Source of the DNA: Candidatus Helarchaeota archaeon
Lineage (GTDB): Archaea; Asgardarchaeota; Lokiarchaeia; Helarchaeales; RDOG01
Length of the DNA: 64,000 nucleotides
Reading direction: 5' to 3'
Assembly (NCBI GenBank): GCA_019058315.1
Contig: JAHPZH010000005.1
Coordinates: 192,001-256,000 of the forward strand
Part shown: positions 57,133-64,000 of the stretch, one piece after another
Layout: every line of letters begins with the position of its first letter
How positions within the stretch are numbered: position 1 is the first letter of the stretch
Notes under the pieces: model-generated
Told to the model about the DNA's origin: nothing
What the model saw: only the letters and a program-made list of their open reading frames with translations
The model's database searches: none
Program-made: the position numbers and the translations under genes

Positions 57133-58557
57133 TTAACTTTGTTGTTTTAATTTTAGTTGATTAGCTCTTTCATCTAGTATTTCTTTTATAACTTGTCTAT
57201 CATTATGATACCATTTTAAAGCCATCATCCAAAAAATTATTCCAGGTATGCCAAATGATAGAGTCACTACAGATGTGATTTGAAAGTTTTGGTTATTTAA
57301 AGCAAGGAGGACGCCACCTAGAAGTGGTCCGATCCCAGTTCCTAAAGTTTCGACGAATTGGTTCCAAGAAACTATTTGTCCTTGCGCTTCTGGAAGATTA
57401 ATATTTTGTAGAAGCGGAGCTTGATTAACATCATAAAGCCCCATTACAGAAAATACAATAATTATGCCAATACCAAAAATCCAAATAGAAGGAAAGGTAA
57501 ATAATAATAAAATATCAAGACCTTGTTGGGGATTTAAATTTGGTAAAGGAATAAAGAAAAATAAACCAAAGGTAAGAAGTGAAATAGATAAACTGAATAT
57601 AATAAATTTTATCCTCCTAGGAGGGTTATTTGCTGCGAATTTGTCAGACAATTTTGCAAATACTTGACCAAGGAATGCACCAGCAATACCAAATGTTATA
57701 AGAAGAAAACTTATCATAACACCAGAGATATTATGAGGAGGTAATTCGGTATATGGTACGACTAAAGCAAAGAAAACCCCCAATATTATACAACTAAAAA
57801 CCCCTTCTAGAAGGGCAGCAATATTAGTTTTACTTAACATGGTTTTTCTCATTATTTCTCTGGTCATTTGGAAATCATAAATAATTGATTCATCTTTTAG
57901 AATCTCTGATAGTTGCTCTTCTTTAGCCCCTCGTTTAGGTTCTTCAGTAAATATCCAAAAAATAATAGAAGCTATTATAGTCATCACCCCAGTAAACCTT
58001 AAAAATTCCCTCCAAAATCCTGTTTGAAATGCAAATGCGCTAACTAGAAACCCTAGAAATTGAAAAACGGCCCAAATTATACCTAATATTCCGAAAAATT
58101 GAGATCTTTGATTTTTTCTAAGCACATCATTTGACAAAGAAACTTGTGCTGGTCGGTTTCCTCCACCGAAAAATGAACTAATAGTCATAAATGTTAAAAA
58201 ATATCCCCAAGTTTCGTATCCTAAACCTTCTTGGGCAAAACTTATGAAGATTCTCGTTGATCCGATAATTATTGATATTACGGCTAAGATAATCTTACGT
58301 GAACCTCGATCAATGAATTTACCAAGTAATATACCAGAAACTGCGGCAGTCAAAGAAGTAACTGTCATGATTAACCCCATTTCAACTGCATGAAAGTTCT
58401 GATATGGCCAAAATAAATTAGATAAGGGGACGATATTAATCCAAAATATTGATCTGCTAAAGACTTGAAAGGAAACCATTATGAAAAAAGCCCAGAATTT
58501 TTTGGCAATTGAACTTTCTGATTTGTTATTTTGTTCTTTTTTCATTAAAATGCACAT
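57133..58557 (-). CDS. MFS transporter (distinct from the tandem array)
   Basis: GKFIDRGSRK, RSQFFG, EEPKRG; about 12 TM. Confidence 0.88.
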   Translation of the reverse strand: MCILMKKEQNNKSESSIAKKFWAFFIMVSFQVFSRSIFWINIVPLSNLFWPYQNFHAVEMGLIMTVTSLTAAVSGILLGKFIDRGSRKIILAVISIIIGSTRIFISFAQEGLGYETWGYFLTFMTISSFFGGGNRPAQVSLSNDVLRKNQRSQFFGILGIIWAVFQFLGFLVSAFAFQTGFWREFLRFTGVMTIIASIIFWIFTEEPKRGAKEEQLSEILKDESIIYDFQMTREIMRKTMLSKTNIAALLEGVFSCIILGVFFALVVPYTELPPHNISGVMISFLLITFGIAGAFLGQVFAKLSDKFAANNPPRRIKFIIFSLSISLLTFGLFFFIPLPNLNPQQGLDILLLFTFPSIWIFGIGIIIVFSVMGLYDVNQAPLLQNINLPEAQGQIVSWNQFVETLGTGIGPLLGGVLLALNNQNFQITSVVTLSFGIPGIIFWMMALKWYHNDRQVIKEILDERANQLKLKQQS

Positions 58558-58768
58558 TTAACTAAAAACTATAATTATGATTGTTTAATGAAAAATTGAA
58601 TACAATTTATTTAAAAAAATTGTATAAGTAGTGCAACAGTTTTAGAGATTAAAAATCGAGAATTAAAAGATTTAAATTATGGAAAAAAAAGGAAAATGTT
58701 ATAAATTTACTCATATAATATAATTTTACCATTAAAAACTATATTAAATAAAAAAATAGTGATTAAAA

Positions 58769-58954
58769 ATGGCAGTTGATAGAGAACAAGCAGAAAAAGT
58801 AATTTTAATAATTTGGTTAATCGGTTTGATATTTTTATGGGTTACTTATCCATTCTTACCTGGTGAATTTTGGTTTTGGTTCTATCTAGCCATAGGCTGG
58901 TCTATAGCAGGCGGTATTTTAGCATTAATCTTGATTTTAACTAGACCAAAGTGA
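58769..58954 (+). CDS. Small 2-TM protein
   Basis: 61 aa, two hydrophobic helices, GTGA RBS. Confidence 0.6.
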   Translation: MAVDREQAEKVILIIWLIGLIFLWVTYPFLPGEFWFWFYLAIGWSIAGGILALILILTRPK

Positions 58955-59038
58955 ATGGAAAATAGCATTTTCTTTATTTTTTTATTTTTACACAAAGAAT
59001 AATCTGGAATATTTGCACATTTGTAGCTCATATTTGAA

Positions 59039-60247
59039 CTATTCAACAATCAAATACATTGTCGGATCTTCTTTTTGAACTTCTATTGGTCTTCTAAATC
59101 TTAAGATAAATGGATGGATTCCTTGTGGATAGTTGCTAAAAGTTGGGATGTATGATTCAGTTTCTTTAGAAATACCTAATTTATAACCACTTGTCTTAAC
59201 TGGTGCAAATAATGCAGTTCCCATCGGAGTAATTATATATAATGAAACGCCTTCAAGACATCGACGATTATAGTCCCATTTTGAAACCTTAATATATAAT
59301 TTTTCCAAAGCTCGTTGTGACCAGCTCCCAACCTTTTCAAAAGTTTCCCAAGATATGGGCCAATTATTTCCAAGATTATTTGGATATTCTAAATTATCCG
59401 GCATTATTAATTCATGAGTCCACATTCCAATTGATGTAATATGATTAGAAAAATCGGATGGGTCTGTGAACATCGTACCCCAATCATTAAATAACACAGA
59501 ATTCATATCTTTCAAAGTATAAGCCAAGACTAAATTTTGAAGGGGACATCGGCTAATTTTATTAAGCGCAAATTGGAAATCTTTGAAAATTAATAGTTCT
59601 CCTGTATCTAATTTATAAGGACCGTGGTCAAGAATACCTGCTCTGCACTCACATTTATCTAAAAAACCATAATTGGATATATTAGCAATAATTCTCTTAA
59701 ATCCTTTAATCTGCTTTTTATTTACTTCAAACATTTCCCCTCTAAACCGTTCTACTAATTTTTTATCAAGAAAACGCAAATTCTTATCTTTACTATGATC
59801 TACTAATAGTAAATGGTCATTTCTGTAATGTGGGTTTAAATTTCTAAAAAAGTCTAGAATGAATTTAGTTTCTTCCTTCTTTTCTTCAGGCTCCTTTTCA
59901 GGTCCTCCCCAATCATGGATCCATTGCCCGCGACCATGAAGATAAAGCATTGCGAAAGATTGAAAGGCAAGCCCATTTAAACTGCTACCAACAGTTTTAC
60001 ATTTTAAACCAATATCTCGAGGATCTAATCCCCCATTTTCAACGGCGTTCTTAACAATATTATATTGATATGACTGCCCGTAGAGTTGATGACAAGCAAT
60101 ACCAATATAGGTAGAAACAGGGAAAAGTTGACTTTCAATTATATCTCTACCTTCTAAATTCTTTCGTACATTTTCATCCATTATTTTAATTAATTCATTA
60201 GCTTCTTCAGTAGAAATGTTACTCTGCCAAACCATTAAATCACTCAA
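59039..60247 (-). CDS. Hypothetical protein
   Basis: 402 aa ORF co-oriented 9 bp after the 60257 gene; contains DKCECRAGILDHGPY. Confidence 0.7.
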   Translation of the reverse strand: MSDLMVWQSNISTEEANELIKIMDENVRKNLEGRDIIESQLFPVSTYIGIACHQLYGQSYQYNIVKNAVENGGLDPRDIGLKCKTVGSSLNGLAFQSFAMLYLHGRGQWIHDWGGPEKEPEEKKEETKFILDFFRNLNPHYRNDHLLLVDHSKDKNLRFLDKKLVERFRGEMFEVNKKQIKGFKRIIANISNYGFLDKCECRAGILDHGPYKLDTGELLIFKDFQFALNKISRCPLQNLVLAYTLKDMNSVLFNDWGTMFTDPSDFSNHITSIGMWTHELIMPDNLEYPNNLGNNWPISWETFEKVGSWSQRALEKLYIKVSKWDYNRRCLEGVSLYIITPMGTALFAPVKTSGYKLGISKETESYIPTFSNYPQGIHPFILRFRRPIEVQKEDPTMYLIVE

Positions 60248-60256
60248 ATAATACTA

Positions 60257-61219
60257 TTATTTATAACGTGTTGATTTCAAGTACTCTGATATTCCGTAAC
60301 CTTTTTTGCCATCCATTTCAAATTCCACAATTTGTTCGTGAACTTCTGCATATCCTTGGTCAGTTTGACGTTGTAAATGAAACGACGTCCATGTATGTGA
60401 TATTATTGTGAGTTGCCGAGTCGGAGTTGTGATCTTGAATGTAGAAGATTTTGGAACAGAGGCTTTTCCTTCATATCCATATTCAGTTTCTATGTCTAAA
60501 TCGATTATTTGTTCGTGTCCTTTGGCAGTAGAGATGAATCCTTGTTTAATAATTTTACCAATAACTTCCACTCTTGAAGAATTGATGGTGCAATCGTCAA
60601 ACTGACAGGCTATCCAGTTCCATTTATCAATTTTAATCCAGTCTCTCATACCCCAAGAATGATCACGATGTCCATAACAATTAATCTGTCGCTCTTCTTT
60701 AATTTGACCTTTTTCTTTTAGTTTTACAACACCTGTAGCGTTCATACCTTGTTCATAGTGTCTTGATGCAGCAATTTTCAGAATTTCCATACCATATTTC
60801 TTCAATGTTTCCATAGGGTCTTCTTGACTCCCATAAACATAAGGTGAGAAACGCTCTTTATACAAAATATCAGCTTCATATTTATCACCGTTAAACAAAA
60901 TACGCCATTTTTTCAAGGGTTCCAAACACTCATATTTCAATTTATCATCCCCATAAATTTCATCACTTTGAAACCCTTCAACCTTTAAAGCATTGAAATA
61001 TTCTACTTTTTTTCCATCTACCACGAGAAGAAGCATGACATCCAGTTCTTTTTCTCCCAATCTAAATCCAACACGAGTAACCAGATGAACATTAGCATTA
61101 AAATCCATAAAATTAAAGTACCAACTCTCATTATGGTATTGAGGGTATTTCCTTAAAATATGCTTGAATTCATCCTTCTCTGTAATAGTAAAATATTTTC
61201 GAGATCTTTTACTTTTCAT
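60257..61219 (-). CDS. CrtC/tocopherol-cyclase-like double beta-barrel (lipocalin-like) protein
   Basis: HNESWYFNF, HYEQ, GHRDHSWG.RDW, WNW, GYGISEY. Confidence 0.65.
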   Translation of the reverse strand: MKSKRSRKYFTITEKDEFKHILRKYPQYHNESWYFNFMDFNANVHLVTRVGFRLGEKELDVMLLLVVDGKKVEYFNALKVEGFQSDEIYGDDKLKYECLEPLKKWRILFNGDKYEADILYKERFSPYVYGSQEDPMETLKKYGMEILKIAASRHYEQGMNATGVVKLKEKGQIKEERQINCYGHRDHSWGMRDWIKIDKWNWIACQFDDCTINSSRVEVIGKIIKQGFISTAKGHEQIIDLDIETEYGYEGKASVPKSSTFKITTPTRQLTIISHTWTSFHLQRQTDQGYAEVHEQIVEFEMDGKKGYGISEYLKSTRYK

Positions 61220-61443
61220 ATTCTCACATTCTTCTTTTTTTAGGAATCTTACATTATCCTATCTAATTGTTTATATAAATCATTATTGATGATAGAATAC
61301 TATTTTTGAACCTGACCTATATCTTTTATCATTAAGTTGAGCACCAATTCCAATTTTAAAAATTTATATAAGGAAATTAATGGAATCTTTAACGTCGAAA
61401 AATAAAAAATAGCTACCCTTTCTTTTTAAAGGATTGATGGTTT

Positions 61444-61767
61444 TTGACCAAAAAAGATATTAAAAATCAGCTGAACTGTTGTAAAAAGCCCAATTTAGAA
61501 ACCATTAAAGCGATTTATGAATCCAATCATGATTTAGAAACACTTCAAAAATGTAAAAATTGTGGAAGTTATTGGTTTTATCGATATCATGAATATAAGG
61601 ATGATTGGACTGTTTGGTATTCTCTTCTAACTCAAGTTGAAGGGAAAAAAATTCTGGACGCAAAAGATAAGCCAGATTTATCCTTTTTAAACGATAAACT
61701 TAGTATTATGGAAGATTCAGAAGGTGTTAAACAAGTTAAGGGACAACCAACTCATCCATGGAGTTAA
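61444..61767 (+). CDS. Hypothetical protein with Cys cluster
   Basis: NCC...CKNCGSYWFY. Confidence 0.6.
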   Translation: MTKKDIKNQLNCCKKPNLETIKAIYESNHDLETLQKCKNCGSYWFYRYHEYKDDWTVWYSLLTQVEGKKILDAKDKPDLSFLNDKLSIMEDSEGVKQVKGQPTHPWS

Positions 61768-61831
61768 GTTACCAAAATATATAATTTAATAACAAAGAAA
61801 TTATAAGAAAGTTAAGTCGGAGGTAGAATAT

Positions 61832-63238
61832 TTGTCAGTAGAATATAATGGAACTGTACGGTCCATAGTAACTCGTAAGAATTTAAAACAGCTTGATCTT
61901 TCTGATTTGGGAATTTATGATATTACAGATATTAAGAATTTAGAAAATCTAACGGAACTTCAAGTATTATATTTGGGAAGAAATGAAATTTCAGAAATAA
62001 AAAATCTAGAAAATCTAATTAATCTCCAACAGTTAGTCCTTAATGCAAATCAAATTTCAAAAATCGAGAATTTAGAGAATTTAACACAACTTCAAGAATT
62101 ATATCTTGATTATAACCAGATTTCAGAAATAGAGAATCTAGAAAATCTATCTCAACTACAAAAATTAGAACTTAGTAATAATCAAATTTCAGAAATAAAG
62201 AATTTAGATAATCTTTCACAATTAAAGTCACTATATCTTCTTGATAATGAAATTTCAGAGATTAGGAATTTAGATAACCTCACAAAACTTGAATTTATAA
62301 ATCTAGGTAATAATCAAATTTCAGAATTAAAGAATTTAGAAAATTTAAAACAACTCAGTGCGTTATATCTGTATGGAAATCAGATTTCAGAAATAAAGAA
62401 TTTAGATAATCTCATTCAACTTCTAATTCTATATCTTGATTTTAATAAAATTTCAGAAATTAAGAATATAGAAAATCTGACTAAACTCAAAGGCTTATAT
62501 CTTCATTCAAATGCTGTTTCAGAAATTAGCAATTTAGATCATTTGAAACAACTCACTTCATTATTTTTAGGTGATAATAACATTTCAGAAATTAAGAATT
62601 TAGAGAATCTGACCCAGCTCCAAGATTTAGCTCTTGGAGGTCAAATTTCAGAAATAAGGAATTTAGAGAGACTTAAACTTTTAGAAGGTTTAAATCTCAG
62701 TGGAAACCAAATTTCAGAAATTAAGAATTTAGATAAGCTTACAAAACTCCAGAGTTTAGATCTTTGTGGAAATCAAATTTCAGAAATTAAGAATTTAGAT
62801 AAGCTTACAAAACTCCAGACATTAGAACTTGGTGGAAACCAGATTTCAGAAATAAAGAACTTAAAAAATTTAAGAAAACTTCAGAGCTTAAATCTTAAAG
62901 AAAATCAGATTTCAAAAATCGAGAATTTAGAAAATTTAACACAATTACAAGAATTATTGCTTGACCAAAATCAGATTAAAAAAATTGAGGGGTTAGAAAA
63001 ACTCTCCAAATTAAACCATTTAAGCCTTGACTCGTCCATATTACTAGAAGATGATGTTAAAATATATGATAGAGGAATTAAAGCAGTAATTGGGCATTGT
63101 AAATATCAAAATCTCCTTGAACAACTAGAATCAATTCAACAACAGATTAATACGGGCGGACTTAAACTAGCAGATTTACAAAAACTAAAAAAGAAGGCTG
63201 AAGAGATAAACAAGAAATTGAGACGTATTAAAAAATAA
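61832..63238 (+). CDS. Leucine-rich repeat protein (SDS22-like, 22-aa repeats)
   Basis: About 17 repeats of L..L.L..NQISEIKNLE/DNL; GGAGG RBS. Confidence 0.93.
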   Translation: MSVEYNGTVRSIVTRKNLKQLDLSDLGIYDITDIKNLENLTELQVLYLGRNEISEIKNLENLINLQQLVLNANQISKIENLENLTQLQELYLDYNQISEIENLENLSQLQKLELSNNQISEIKNLDNLSQLKSLYLLDNEISEIRNLDNLTKLEFINLGNNQISELKNLENLKQLSALYLYGNQISEIKNLDNLIQLLILYLDFNKISEIKNIENLTKLKGLYLHSNAVSEISNLDHLKQLTSLFLGDNNISEIKNLENLTQLQDLALGGQISEIRNLERLKLLEGLNLSGNQISEIKNLDKLTKLQSLDLCGNQISEIKNLDKLTKLQTLELGGNQISEIKNLKNLRKLQSLNLKENQISKIENLENLTQLQELLLDQNQIKKIEGLEKLSKLNHLSLDSSILLEDDVKIYDRGIKAVIGHCKYQNLLEQLESIQQQINTGGLKLADLQKLKKKAEEINKKLRRIKK

Positions 63239-63254
63239 AATATAGTTTAAGAAA

Positions 63255-63833
63255 TTATCCATGAATTTTCGTTAATAACCATGCCATATTTTTTCCAAGA
63301 TCTTTCATAGTAGTTTTTCCTTCGGAATCTTTTTGTACATCACCAGGATTTAGCCCTATTCCCATATTCCAATAACTTGAACCAACTATAATCATATTAC
63401 TAATTCCAAAGAGCATATTGATAGAGTTCCAAACACGACAAGCTCCTTGTCTTCGTACTGCGATAACAGCTGCTCCTAATTTTCTTTTAAATTTATTTCC
63501 ATTAGCCATCTGTACGAATCCCGATCTCTCTATTAAACATTTAGCTTTTCCTGTCACGTCACCGTAATAAACAGGTGATCCTATTATTATTGCATCTGCT
63601 TCAATCATTTTTGCATATACATCATTAAGGTCATCATTTTGGGCACATTTATCGTTTCGGTTTGCCATACATTTAAAACAAGCAATACAAGGGTTTATTT
63701 TTTTTCCAGCTAATTGAATCATTTCGGTTTCAATGTTTTCATTTTCTTTCTTTATTGCCTTAAAAACCATTTCAATTAATTGGGCAGTATTTCCCTCAGG
63801 ACGAGGAGATCCATTAATAGCTAAAACTTTCAT
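63255..63833 (-). CDS. Iron-sulfur flavoprotein (Isf, flavodoxin-like)
   Basis: INGSPR..GNT, CIACFKC...C, IIGSPVY. Confidence 0.9.
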   Translation of the reverse strand: MKVLAINGSPRPEGNTAQLIEMVFKAIKKENENIETEMIQLAGKKINPCIACFKCMANRNDKCAQNDDLNDVYAKMIEADAIIIGSPVYYGDVTGKAKCLIERSGFVQMANGNKFKRKLGAAVIAVRRQGACRVWNSINMLFGISNMIIVGSSYWNMGIGLNPGDVQKDSEGKTTMKDLGKNMAWLLTKIHG

Positions 63834-64000
63834 ATTATCAATCCTTCTAATTTGCAGATTATTTAATTGTTAATTAAGTTTATTTTTAATTTAATTTTTA
63901 CTCTAATAGTAAGTTTAAAAATAAGCTATAAGCATAATAGCAAAATTATTCCAATATTTCGTAAAGCACTTTTCCTTGCGCAGTTTTCGGAATTGGAATT

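Noticed and set aside
1-64000. tRNA, rRNA, transposase, integrase
   Set aside because: No GC-rich structured RNA-like intergenic segment or recombinase/transposase motif recognised by eye

Overview
AT-rich archaeal chromosomal window whose gene content (degenerate Rab-like GTPase, TPR-longin and 7TM-longin fusions, SDS22-like LRR protein, sequon-rich beta-propeller surface proteins, corrinoid methyltransferase pairs, SCP2-like domains) points to an Asgard archaeon, most likely Lokiarchaeia/Promethearchaeota (inference from content, not from a marker gene). I see no rRNA, tRNA, CRISPR array, transposase or integrase. The most striking unexplained structure is an uncharacterised ~400-445 aa protein family present five times (2158, 8140, 21808, 23176, 26495). 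Four copies have a conserved N-terminus and a polybasic C-terminal tail and bracket a tandem array of four unusual MFS transporter paralogs; the fifth sits in a divergent operon pair with SCP2-like proteins and a corrinoid methyltransferase module. Other notable items: palindromic operator arrays (TTGGACGTCCAA x3 at 19-bp spacing upstream of the pseudo-GTPase; TTGTAGA(T/G)ATCTACAA shared by two promoters 48 kb apart), a gene split by a +1 frameshift in a T6 run, a small HNH/CARF-HTH islet with unannotated small ORFs and hairpins, and a possible deoxy-sugar/aldehyde/hydroxy-acid oxidation cluster interrupted by a GC-richer propeller gene. All functional calls are by motif recognition only; no searches were run.
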